DNA of 64,000 nt from the NCBI GenBank assembly GCA_051362555.1, contig CM120649.1, forward strand, positions 17,746,567 to 17,810,566, written 5' to 3'. A program made the translations under genes and the position numbers. The stretch comes from Lingula anatina. Taxonomy: Eukaryota > Animalia > Brachiopoda. Position 1 is the stretch's first letter. Each line of letters begins with the position of its first letter. Of this stretch, positions 40,073 to 53,100 are shown one piece after another. The notes under the pieces are model-generated. The model was given only the letters and a program-made list of their open reading frames with translations. It searched no databases and was not told the origin of the DNA.

Positions 40073-42810
40073 ATGCAATATCTATATTAACATGTGTATT
40101 TACGCAAAAATGTCTCTTTAAAACTGTTTGTACATATATTAGTAGTTTCCGCGATTCTCAATCAATTATCTTAATTTTTTTACAGAAAAACAGGACCCTT
40201 GGACATTTTATCATAAACTTCGACCGTTTTTCGAAGGGTACGTCATGGAAGTTTTGTAATGTATGTGCGACTAGAGCCAATGATATTTTAAAGAAAATGC
40301 CGCACACCATGAAACTTAATAAGAGAACGGCATTTACAAAATGGCACCGAAATTTGCAAAATAATAACGTTCTTGTTACGTCATTAAATTCACCCCAGTG
40401 TTTCCTTTTCAAACGTACCAGTATTATCTCATAACATAGCGATGTTAATTTCTGCAATATCTAAGTGGATAAGTAACACAGTCATAACTGATTTAACCTG
40501 TAGGTCTCATTGGAGATATTTAGTATGACAATCAAAAATTTCTCTTGTAGTTGGGGAGCACAAAGCAAATTTCTCCCGGAAGGACTGATATACGAAGGTG
40601 TCAGCGATTCACCGTTACAAGTAAGAAGTCCCTTCTTTGGACAAAATGAAATCTGAAGTTATGTCAAGCGTAATTTATATACAGTACAACGTACAATGTA
40701 CACTAGCGATCCCCAGTGGTTTTGTTTACCGGGTAGGTTCATTGATCGAAATCAGTTTCTTGATATTCGATTTGCTTGCTATGATAAGAACCAAAGAGCT
40801 TAAATGATTGTTATTTTGCTTTTGAAGTACTTGGGAGCAAGTGCAGCCCAGAGTTCAACCATCCAGACCTTTGACGCCATATTTGAGGTCAAACATACAG
40901 CAGGTAAGTTAAACTATATAAGTAAATGAGTAAGAACGATTAAAATTTTGGCAAATGTTCTATGTCGTCAACACATGGTATTTGTTTTGGAATGGCATGT
41001 ACAAAATACGCAGAGAAGAGTAGGTCGTAATCGATAGGCAAAAAAAAAAAATAATAATAATAATAATTAAAAAAAATAACAAGAGCCAAGTAGGCCTGTT
41101 CTTTTTCTTATTGTTTTTTTTTTTTTTCATTTAGAAGCAGAGCAATATCTCAGAAAAATTCGGGAATATATGCCTGCCAGCCACAAAGAGTTTCTGAACG
41201 CCATAGAAAAGGGACCTTCTCTCAGACATCACGGTGGGTGAAATAATATATTTAATAAGCATGTGACAATATTGGCCACTTAGCACGCAGTTGGTCGGAA
41301 ATGAGTGTGTACAAATAATGCCGCTTAAAAGCTGAAGAGCACTCTCATTGTGTACCACCAGGTCTACCCCCTTCATTTTCAGCAGGCGTCACTTACATCG
41401 TAAACAGCACATCTGTAAGTGACAAAATTCTAGGATGAAAGATGAACGCACATGTGAAATGGGTCATACATCTGAAAACCTCCCTGACGGTTTTGAATGA
41501 GTCGTCTTATTGCTCTGTTGTCTCATTGATGTGCAAAGAAATCCTCTGCAGGCACGGCGTCTCCGTCTAGTGGCGTTATGACGCCACGCATAAAAGTTTT
41601 CATTTCTGGATTATGTTAAACTGGTGTCAGTCATCGATTTCCATGAGTTACTTTTAGTAGTCATTGCGTGGGAGAGAGACTCTCTGGCTGTTACACTTAT
41701 ATTTAGATAAATATTTGAATATTTCTCCTTTTAGCGAGATTGAATCGTGACGATAGTGTTCGGAAAGCATACAACAAATGCATACAAGCACTTACCGAGT
41801 TTCGATCATACCACATTACGATTGCTGTTAAGTAAGTATGAAACCTTATATGGTTATCAATACAAAAAATACGGGCACTAAAGCTTTAGTATCCGTGCTT
41901 TAAACCAGCTGTTACATTTTTTGTCAAATCGATAAAGGTCACGCGAAACATTGGAATGGTGATATTCTTTAATTCTCTGATACACATCATTAGTGAGACA
42001 CAATAAAACATTCTTATCATTAAGTTATATCTGGATTCAAAGAATATCCGCAACTTCAAGTTGAAATGCACTATTTGGTTGACTATAGGTTATGCAGAGA
42101 CCTTATTAATTTGCCAAAATGGGTAATTTTTAGTATGAAACAAAATCTCTACTACATGTAACAACTCGTTTCGTCAGCTATGCTATGTACACATAAGTAA
42201 TTGTAATTGTAAAAGTTTTTTGTGACATATCTTATTTGCAGATATATTTTACTGCAGTCATACCAGAAAGATGGAGAGTCAAGTAATATCACGGAGGCCC
42301 AAGGGGTAGGCGGGACATGTAAGTAAATTGAAAGGAAACGTAAGCAACAATTCCCGTTGAGCAAATATGAAACAGGGTAATACGGTACTATATTGAAAAT
42401 TGTCATTAGTAATACTTTGTTTAAAATTATTATTCACATATTCTTTAAACTAAAGGAGAATACGACTGGGATGGTGCAGGGTCCACAAATTTCTTCCCAG
42501 TTCTGTTATTTCATTTTTTATAACCTTTAGTATTGGCGACACAGGACCTTGGTTGAATAAAGTAACATAAAGTAATTTATAATTGACCTTATTTTCAGAT
42601 TTGGTCTCCTTCCTGAAATCGACTCGAGACCAGACAGCCAGGTGTATCCTTGGCGACAGTGAGACAGATCACGTGACGTGGCAGGCAGACGACACGGCTT
42701 TAGTAGGCTTGAAAATGGAAGAAAGTCCGTCTCTTCTACACCCCGGGACCAATCATATCGTCAACTCAAAATCGAATCAAGACATTTTTAAAGAAGGACA
42801 CTTAAAGTAA
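35868..42810 (+). CDS. IDO: IDO family protein, copy 2, 13 coding exons, ~438 aa
   Basis: Exons 35868-35942, 37758-37853, 38153-38275, 38867-38988, 39395-39494, 39888-40005, 40186-40237, 40551-40620, 40828-40903, 41135-41233, 41735-41831, 42242-42318, 42599-42810. Internal exon sizes and phases are identical to copy 1 and the frame is open (1317 nt). Confidence 0.93.
38329..38699 (+). mobile_element. TTAA-flanked MITE (Kolobok-like) in IDO copy-2 intron 3
   Basis: TTAA|AGGGATAATAACTC…GTTATTATCCCT|TTAA; same family as 2405-2741. Confidence 0.8.
38812..38861. repeat. (TATAT)n pentanucleotide repeat, shared with copy-3 intron 3 (49832-49896)
   Basis: Direct reading. Confidence 0.85.
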
Positions 42811-43980
42811 AATTTATGTTCTCTGAGATAGAAAACATCCATAGCACATAAGTTCATGATACCCCATAGGCAAAAATTCTGTTTTAAAAAACGCTTGATT
42901 TGTGCATAAGTTTTGAGCTGATTTTTTTTAATGAGTACATCACTTCCTGGTCCATCGTTCCACGTCAAGTAAATTTCCAAACGAAGCATTCTGCTGACAT
43001 ACGTTAGTATTTGATAATGCCCACGGATAGACATTTTCCTGTTGTGCACGGTGTTCAAACTCAAGTAATTTTACTTTTAAATGGAACTTTAGACCAGTGA
43101 TAATTGACACAATTGACTTCGTAGGGTTACTGAATGTGGCCCATTTGGCTACTTGTCGGTGCATGTTGTGCAGATCTCGGTGGGCTTAAGAAATGAAAAA
43201 GAAATGTTAATATCTTGGATAAGAAGAACAGGTTCTAAGCATGCCACCATCACAATAGATGACGCTTATAATTTAAATGATTACTTAAAGTTCCAAATTA
43301 CGTCACACTGTAGTACACTGATCAATTATTCGGATTATCATTTTTATTTCAAGTCGATTGCTTATTGCAAAACCGTATAATCTCGTTTATGCTGCGAAAT
43401 GTTTACAAACACAATGAAACTATATTTTTTCTTTAAAACTAAATGAGACTAAGGTCAATATGACTTATAAAAGAAAAATGACAATGGATTGTCACCTCCT
43501 GTGTGCGCCGTCCCAGCATGGGCGGAGTTATAAAATCTCGGCACGCTTTCAAGCGAGTGGCGCCATATTTAATCCGCAGACTAGTTAGAACTGGTTTTGA
43601 AAAGCTTCCAGAAACTCACATAAAAACAAGCTGAGTCTCGCCCTGTATACATTTGTCCCATTTATGCCTGCCTATTCATATTTCCCCTGCATGACTATGA
43701 TGTTTGACACATATTATATCCATATGCAGGTCATGACATTTTCACGAAACTGAGGGTCCGTGTGACAGAAAGTCTGTCAACCAAATAGTTATAATGGTTA
43801 GGGTTAGTCTGACCTAAGTGGGTCAAAATCTAGGGTGAGGCTTACCTATACAAAGTAATGGGAAGGGGACTGTGTCACGGGGGACTTTCTGGTGCATGAC
43901 ACCGGTGTCAATACGGCATTTTAACTGAAACAGCACACTAGTCAACTGGGCATCAACTGGGTATCCTGAAAACTGACAGA

Positions 43981-44055
43981 ATGGATGACTGGTGGAAACG
44001 TTTGGAGGTCTTCCGCGTGTCGGAAAAGGTTGTTTTTTTAGTTGAAAATCCATTG
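43981..44055 (+). CDS. Extra IDO exon-1 copy (MDDWWKRLEVFRVSEKVVFLVENPL), intact ATG and GTAAG donor
   Basis: Paralog of the 35868 exon. No exon 2 follows until 49340, so it is either an orphan or an alternative first exon of copy 3. Confidence 0.6.
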
Positions 44056-45070
44056 GTAAGTTTAACCCGTTGGTAGTTAAGATATGTCATTAGAAGGGCT
44101 ATGTTATTGTCCTAGTTCGTTAAATAGCCCAGCAGGTCTTTTTAATCATAGTTTGTCATGATAAAAACGATAATGGAAGATAGAGGTCGTTTCCTTTATG
44201 GGCCAATTTTGTGATTGGCACGGTGTTTAGTGGTTTTTAAATGACCGCTGCGTTCCTTAACAAAAGTCATTGAACTGCGATACGTGAAAAAAAAAATTAA
44301 TTTAATCTGGTTGCAAATTGACAATATACCCACAGTAAATATGTGTTTACTTATTTATCTTCACTTTTTTTCGCTATTGGCACCTAATTGTACCTCAAAC
44401 CACCACCAACACCTTCGTCGTTGTCATCTGCTAATAAAATATGGGATTGCCCTCCATTTGTGGGCAGCAGTTATCGTCATCTTCATGACAATTTAGCAGA
44501 TGTTTTGTCAGGTTGTCCTAAGTGGACAGCAAGACCCATCTTTGGTGGTCGCTCGTAATCTGTATTAACCATCTCTCCATGCGACCGTCCTTGCCCACTG
44601 ACAATGTACTGCCTTAATGACATGGTGCGGTAAACACACCAAGTACTGGCGTACTGTATAGAAGTATTTTGCCATACAACTACAGAGGGACTTTATGTTG
44701 AAACTACATCTTTGGAATATATATTATGGAAAATTTTAGAGAAGTGATAAAATTTATTGCCACAATGCATGTATTAGTACATGATGAAAGACGAGAATGA
44801 TTTTATACTTTTATAACGTACACGGGTGATCTTATATGTATTATTTTACTTCTTTCATCTTTGAGGCGGTAAATAAATAAATACATAAGTAAATAAATAA
44901 ATTTTAAGTCTGAAATCCTGGGTGTTCACCTAAGCAATATAACACAAGGCACTACAACGAATAAAATACGCTGACTAGATACACCAGATTCTCTTTTTTT
45001 TCTTCAAATTACCCATGATGCAACCATTCATTTTACGAACAGAAAAAGCAAGCAGTACTGAGTGAACTAA

Positions 45071-45285
45071 GGCTGTATTCCCATAGATTTTAGATCAATC
45101 TATCCCCGCGGGGAGTCTCACTAGATTACTGTCAGATAATCTGGCTTAAATGTCCGTCCCGCCTACTACAAGCTGTAAGGGGGTAATTAACTTTCGTGTC
45201 CGCTCGGCTGACAGCTATTTAGCGTGAACCCCCAGGGAGTTAGGTCGATCTAAAGTAGATCGATCTAATCTCTGGAAATGGGGTC
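45071..45285 (-). mobile_element. MITE family A (core in reverse orientation)
   Basis: Reverse-complement core, TSD TAA; empty paralogous site GCTAAGAGT at ~63257. Confidence 0.8.
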
Positions 45286-45776
45286 TAAGAGTATGACGGT
45301 GTACAGTATGTGTAATTTTATGTCAGAAAGCTGCTTTTCCTCATTTTAGTCGGAATTCACAGTTGTCATGTCATGTGTAATTCAGCCGCATATGCTGAAA
45401 AAAAAAAGAACAAATGGGTCAGTTTGGCCATGGGTGAATTACTGTGGCCGTTTGAAAAAGAAAAAAAATCTTTAACTTTTGACCAAAAATTGGATCTATT
45501 TTAGTTCAAGGCTAACCCGTAATAATCTTTGAGACTTTTGTCGCCTAACAGTTTGTTCGTGAACGAGTTACTGCTTGTCGGATAGTCTTGAATACGTCAT
45601 TGTTCAGTGATCCTCATGCCGTGCAAATGACGTCATCAATGTATCCATCCGGATATGTTTCATCACACGAGTGGCGTATATCATTCATATATACCATACA
45701 AGCATATAATGACTAGGAGACGTTTGTTTTTTTTTTTTTTATAAAAACAAGCCCGTTTTTAAAGGACGAATAGAGT

Positions 45777-45878
45777 ATGGCATTTGTCTTGAAAATTGAC
45801 AGAATGGATGAGTGGTGGACACGTTTGGAGGACTTTCGTGTGTCGGAGAAGGTTGGGTTTTTGGTAGAAAACCCATTG
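45777..45878 (+). pseudogene. Duplicated IDO exon-1 with destroyed splice donor
   Basis: MAFVLKIDRMDEWWTRLEDFRVSEKVGFLVENPL is followed by GAAAGT instead of GTAAGT; tandem twin of the 47108 exon. Confidence 0.75.
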
Positions 45879-46427
45879 GAAAGTAACATGTTGGCTATAT
45901 GTTATTAAATCCATTGCTAGTAAGGCTATTGTTGTCCTTGTTATATCAGGCCTTTTGATTTTAAAGATATGTCCCCAAGGATCGATTTTTTAAATTGCCA
46001 TAAGACTAGGCCTACTCCTTAATTATTATGTTTCATACTGGGTACATGTACGACACGCGCAAAAATTATCTGTGATTTTTTCAGTACGTTATTTGTTTAG
46101 GGGTAATCCATTTTTATCATTTTCACAAGTCTACAAAGAGTAAACTTTTTACAGACCCCTTCCACGCTCTTTAGGTGAAAAACTAAATATGGAGGCCTTG
46201 GCCAGCACACCAATTGGATGCCAAGATTTTCATTTTATTATTTTCCAAAAGTGAACAGCGGGTATTACCCCCCTCCCCACCCCGGGGTATGGTTTGTAGA
46301 CTTATGGAGTATGGTTTGTTGACTTGTGAAAATAATGATCAAAGTAGATTACCCTTAACTGCTAGTATATGCGCCTTTGTCAGCTTTACTGTAACAATTT
46401 AGACATTCATTTCTGCAAAAAGACCAA

Positions 46428-46642
46428 CACCCCATTCCCAGAGATTAGATCGATCCAAACTAGATCGACCTAACTCCCTGGGGGTTCACGCCAAATAGCT
46501 GTCAGCCGAGCGGGCACGAAAGTTAATTACCCCCTTACAGCTTGTAGTAGGCGGGACGGACATTTAAGCCGGATTATCTGACAGTAATCTAGTGAGACTC
46601 TCCACGGGGATAGATAGATCTAAAATCTATGGGAATACGCCC
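46428..46642 (+). mobile_element. MITE family A
   Basis: TSD CAA; empty site AAAGAC-CAA-GACCAC in the twin unit at ~47741-47755. Confidence 0.85.
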
Positions 46643-47107
46643 CAAGACCACACACAATGTTTACAATACTACTCATTTTTAAGGATGAGTAAAACCTCAC
46701 GTTGCACGACGACTTGTATCTGGTTAACACCTTGAATGTTTTAGTTTGGCCATGGGTGAATTACTGTGGCCGTTTGAAAAAGAAAAAAATAATCTTTAAC
46801 TTTTGACCAAAAATCGGATCTATTTTAGTTCAAGGCTAACCCGTAATAAACTTTGAGACTTTTGTCGCCCAACAGTTTGTTCATAAATGCGTTACTGCTT
46901 GTCGGATAGTCTTGAATACGTCATTGTTCAGTGATCCTCATGCCGTGCAAATGACGTCATCAATGTGACCATCCGGATATGTTTCATCACACGAGTGGAC
47001 ATTAAGTTGGGCGTATATCATTCATATATACCATACAAGCATATAATGACTAGGAGACGTTTGTTTTTTTTATAAAAACAAGGACGCTTTTGAAGAACGA
47101 ATAGAGT

Positions 47108-50100
47108 ATGGCATTTGTCTTGAAAATTGACAGAGTGGATGAGTGGTGGACACGTTTGGAGGACTTTCGTGTGTCGGAGAAGGTTGGGTTTTTGGTAGAA
47201 AACTCATTGGTAAGTAACATGTTGGCTATATGTTATTAAAAATCATTGCTAGTAAGGCTATTGTTGTCCTTGTTATATCAGGCCTTTTGATTTTAAAGAT
47301 ATGTCCCAAAGGATCGATTTTTTAAATTGCCATAAGACTAGGCCTACTCCTTAATTATTGTGTTTTATACTGGGTACATGTACGACACGCGCAAAAATTA
47401 TCTGTGATATTTTCAGTACGTTATTTGTTTAGGGGTAATCCATTTTTATCATTTTCACAAGTCTACAAAGAGTAAACTTTTTACAGACCCCTTCCACGCT
47501 CTTTAGAGCGTACAAGATAAAAAAAAAAAAACTAAATATGATGGCCTTGGCCAGCACACCCATTGAATGCCAAGATCGTCATTTTATTATTTTCCAAAAG
47601 TGAACAGCGGGTATTACCCCCCCCCCCTCCCCACCCCGGGGTATGGTTTGTAGACTTAAAGAGTATGGTTTGTTGACTTGTGAAAATAATGATTAAAGTG
47701 TCAGCTTTGCTGTATCAATTAAGACATTTAATCTCTGCAAAAAGACCAAGACCACACACAATGTTTACAATACTACACATTTGTAAGGATGACAAAAACC
47801 TCACGTTGTACGACGACTTGTTTCTGGTTAACACCTTGAATGTTTTAGTTCTCTATGATCAGTGTATCAACAAATTCAGCATGAGCCTATATTAATAGAA
47901 AAATCGATAAGAGGGAAGTGGTTAAAACAGGTTAAATGTTTAGATAACTACGTATGAGTATAGTCCACAGGAAGTGTCTAACCTAACCGTGTTCCTTTTG
48001 CATGACTTTATGACTTAACGTTTTGTGTCTACAATGATACAACTGTGCAATAAGGAAAAGTTGACGTTTTTGACAAGGTCTATCAATTTCATTACGTGTG
48101 GCAAATATTTTGAGCGTGTATATATAGCCATGACAGAACCTGTTCCAGTTCGAAACCGGTTCCAGTCTTAATGGTGTCTTTGCATTGTCAACCGCATGAT
48201 GGACCAGTTAATTGAACAAGTCAACTGGCCAAGCTGCCAGTTTGTTTGTATGGCATGTGTAGGGAATGCCTTAGATTAAAGCACATATTATAATACTTAC
48301 AGGTGTGGCAAATGAGATATAGTTGTATTTCATTACCTGTGATTTGCAAAATACATCCGAGGATGATACTTTTAAAGAAAAGGCATGTAGATTGATTTAG
48401 TAACATTTACTAAAGAAATGTTAAATTGAAGGTGGGCTGCCATTTGTTAGTGTGTTTTTTTAATTATCTAGGTTTTGTACAGATTATAGGAAAATTCTGC
48501 CCATAAATGTTTTGTTGACCTCTCTGAAAAATATCTGCATTTTCTTAAGGATTAATTCACACTAAATGCAGATTGGGACTAAGCCTGTGACATATATATT
48601 AGTTGTGTGTTTATTAGAAATGTGTTTAGGAGCTAAACGCTGTTTTACAGTGAACGTTATAATTGTGTACCTGTGTTTTTAAATGAATAATAATAAAAAA
48701 CATTTTAGGTCGTTTTTATGTCTTTTCATGCAAGAATGTTGTCTTACAACTGGGGTTGATATAATGTTGTTATCTGACGTTAATATAACGTCTTTATTTG
48801 ACGATGATCCAATTTTCAAATCCAATGTTAATCCAACGTCTTGTTAACGTTGAAACAACATGATTTGCTCGCTGGTACGACCTATCCGGACTTGCACTTG
48901 CATTCCTTGCCATGGGACTTGCATTCCTCAGTAACTGTTGTCCCACGGATGTAAAATCCTAGTAACGTTTGTCCTAGGCATCCATTCCTAGAAACGCTAG
49001 ACCTTGGGCTTGCATGTCCGGTGGGACTTGCGTTACTAGGACTGTCATTCCTTTCACACCGGCCTAGTAAACAAGGCTACTTGTCGTTTCACCTAGATGC
49101 ACATGTGCCGGTAGTTTGGAATAAAAAGTAATGCACGTGGAAAACACAATTAAGTTATGCCTAAATAAACGAAAATCAAACCTTTGTCTCTGTAACGCGT
49201 CTGTGTCAAGCATTGTGGGAGTGTAAATTAAAGGGGATGCCAGTGGAAATTCCAAAAAGAGAAGTGTTAAAATGGCGATCAAGGCTTTGGCAAGTGGAGT
49301 ATTAATAAATAAATAGCGCCTTCTACCCTTCTGTTTCAGGACCTCCTGCCAGAATATTTACTTCCTTGGGAGCAGCTCGGGAAGAAAGCTGCCAAGTTGA
49401 TGGATGCAGGAGAACTGAAAGACCAAGTTGAAAAGGTACCGAGAGAGAGAGAGAGAGATTTGTTGTCGTAAAACCTTTCATTGAAATGCTTTTGTAGAGG
49501 TAACACTATATCATCCATGAACCAGTTTTTCAGTTTGGTTTCTGTACTAATCTCGTTTGGAAGTGTAACTGTATAAACTCACACCTGTAATTCCCATTTT
49601 TCCAGCCATGACTCTAAGCTTAGGTTTTCTAGCTTCAAACTCGCCATTTTATTTCAGTTACCATGTCTGGACTACACTCACCTGAGGAGTTATGAAGAGT
49701 ACTGTTTAGCCCACAGCCTGCTGTCTACAATTGCACACTGTTATGTTTGGCAGGACAGAGATAAGGGCGTGGTACCTGAGGTATGATTATATTAAACATT
49801 GGATTATCTTGAACCATCGTATGAATAAAGATATTATATTATATTATATTATATTATATTATATTATATTATATTATATTATATTATATTATATTACAGA
49901 CTTGACTTGTATATCCGAGAATCATCTCTTCTGAATGCGACCTAAGACTTGTGCGTATATAAATATTTGTTTATGTTTATATATATTGCAGGTTCTTCCG
50001 AGGGCTGTCGCTGTACCATGGTATCACGTGTCCCAGTATCTAGGACTTAACCCCGTCTACTGCTACTTGGCATGTATGCTTGCTAACTGGAAAAAGGAAT

Positions 50101-53100
50101 CGGAAGACAGCTGGTTTGTCTCTACTTCACAATAATCTTCAACATCATCTATTTTTATTGATTACGTCTTTTGTGGGTATTTGTTAGTGCCAAAGTGAAC
50201 TTCATTTGATAAACACATATTTTAAGCGTAGGCTCCGAAAACGATAATTGCTGTTTGCCATCACGAGCCTCAGGTTTGTGAACACGAACGCCCAAATTAA
50301 CAACTTGATGTGGCGCTGGTTAGACCTAATTTTGTACAGTTCTTAGACTTAACCAAAGCCGTCGTCTTTGAGCTAAAGACACACGCACTTAATGTTTGCC
50401 TGTCTTCGTGACTTCGAGTTTAGTGGTTTTTGGATACTAGTGGTATCGGACACATTGCTCTCTGATTCGTAATAAATCTGTGGGCGTTAACAGCGTTTTA
50501 CGATGATATGATTCTACCTTTATGAATGTACATAAATATACTTTTAGCGTTGCTAACCTCAATTTTTTTTATTCTTTAATATCTCATTCCAGCGATATTG
50601 AACTTATTTGCGGCGCGCCCGGCACTCCCCACACCGACTGGTTTTTCATAGTTTCAATTCAAATCGAAATTGACTTTGGCAAGGGAATCAAGGTATTTAC
50701 GTTTGGGGTAGTGGCCCCGTTTTCTAGCTTAGTCACTTCAGGAGTAAACATAAGGATCCCCACTGTTATATACATAGATTTAACTTGACAAAATGGACCA
50801 TCCGTAAATTATTAGAATTTTTTCAAACATGACTCTCTTAATTGAATAACTTGAATAACACGCGCAAAGATACAAAACTTGTCTCGCAGACGGAGACCGA
50901 TACCGAGATTAGAGTTCACCAGTTGCGTTGAATGGGAAGGATAGATAGAAATGTCCATACCTGTATTTGTAAACAAGGACTTGTCTAAAGACGAGAATAC
51001 AGACGACGTAACTTAGGACGATATGCCACTAACAACTGACAACAGATGTCTGTAATTGTTTTTCTTAAATTTCAGAATATAATTAAAACATATCAGGCAC
51101 TGACAACAGGTGATGACAACGGTTTGATAGAAGGTTTGCAAGGGATAGCAGACACCATTAAGAGGATGCAACAAACACTGTCCAGAATGCACGGTATAGA
51201 TGTGTGTCCCCTCTCTCTCTCTCTCTCTCCCTTTTTGTCTCACACACACAGACACACTCTCTGTTGAACAAATGCATGTAGTGATAAGTAATTTATCGTT
51301 ACTTTTTGACGATTCAAATATTCAAAACTTAAAAAAACGTTACCCTTTCAAAGAATTAAAAGTATTTTTAATTGTTTTATAATATTGTATCAAAAATAGT
51401 GAACTTAAATTCACATCAAGATGATTCTTCTGATATAGGTCTATATACAAGAACATGAAGCAATGCACATTTACAGGTTAAAAGAAAATTGTTTAAATGG
51501 AGCTTTGCAACTGATGAATCAGAGACCTAGAAATAAAGTTATGATGGCTTATTTGTATATCGTAATTTCAGCAATAGCAAATTAGTTTGTGTTCATTTTT
51601 GCTTTGTGTTTGTATTGTCACTATGTGGATTAAAAAATTGTAGGGACTTAAGTGTTTAAAGGTTTATTTCTATTTCAGTACAAATAATTGTGACTTTACC
51701 CTTCGTGGCCACTTTATATCAAGTGATTATAGTGAGCGGCAGTAAAACGCAGGCATAATATACATAATAGTAACTGACCCATTAAAATCCCAGGATTCTA
51801 CAAGAATCATAATAAATATATAGTTATCATACGCCTTAATTGCTAGTATTTTCATTTTTTTTTTTTTTACAGAAAAACAAGACCCTTGGCCTTTTTATAA
51901 TAAACTCCGACCGTTTTTCGAAGGGTAATATAAGTCTTAAATGTTTGGTAACACGAAAATATTTTTATGATAAATACATCGTAAATTAATGAATTTGTTT
52001 TTTAAATTATTATTATTATTTATTTATTTATTTTATTATTATTATTATTATTTTTTTTTTGCTTATCCGCGCGTCTCTGGCGAAGTATTAGGAGTTGTGT
52101 CGTAAAATGTTTTATTTTTTCTTCTCTGATAAAAAAAAACTGTTCATATTGACCCACAAGTACACTGTACAATACAATTTTGCAGCTGGGGAGCACAAAG
52201 CAAATTTCTCCCGGAAGGACTGATATACGAAGGTGTCAGCGATTCACCGTTACAAGTAAGTAGCGCATGCGTAATGGATTTATACCAACCAGAACACCAG
52301 CGACTCCTGGCGGATTTGTCTCCCGATTAACTCCATTGACGCAAGTCACTTTTTGAACGCAATATGTTCCATTCTTTATTTTTTCTCAATTCATTCTCTT
52401 TAAGTGAGACGAACAGTACAGTAGAGAAAATTATGTCGTGGAAAAATGTCTCCCTCCTTTTGAGGTGCTCTGTTCCAGGGACAGCAGAATGTTTATGTCA
52501 TTTATATGCAAACAGAAAACTGTGTAGAAAATATTTGTAAATATCTGGTGAAAAATATCTAATTGTGGCCTTGGTATTGTGAACAGCGCGTGAGGAAGGA
52601 CTGCAGGCAATAGAGAGCAAAACCAAAATTTTATATTGTCTGTTAATAAACATGCACTTGGCTGACTACCGTCAACAGTGTACTAGGCTTCGTTACATGT
52701 TAATCAACTACATTTTAGACTCATCACAGATTTTTTCGCTGAAACAGGATCCTGATATAAGTATAAAATGATTATTATTTTTTAAAGTACTTGGGAGGGA
52801 GCGCCGCCCAGAGTTCAACCATTCAGACCTTTGACGCCATACTAGGGGTTAAACACACGGCAGGTAATGGACTAGTACTATACAGTATCAGCTAATGAGC
52901 ACGTGCGAATAAAATTATGAAAAACAAACTTTGTAACGACCACTTTAGATTAAGATTTTTTGAAATTTTCAAATTTTGGTTATAGTTATGTGCATGACTG
53001 TTCGAAATACGCAGATAAGGGTGGACAATAAACAATAGAAAAAAACCTATCGATAAAATTAGGGCAGCATTTTTTGTTTGAATTGATATTAATAAATTTG

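Larger units (their letters stand above)
45421..47850 (+). repeat. Local tandem duplication (~1.1 kb unit) containing IDO exon 1 and its upstream region
   Basis: 45421-46746 and 46743-47850 are near-identical. Both start AGTTTGGCCATGGGTGAATTAC and end CTTGAATGTTTTAGTT. The first unit carries an extra MITE. Confidence 0.9.

Noticed and set aside
48750-49050. AACGTT-rich stretch ending GCTCGCTGGTA and short GGACTTGC repeats
   Set aside because: Probably decayed transposon ends, but no partner TIR or TSD could be established.
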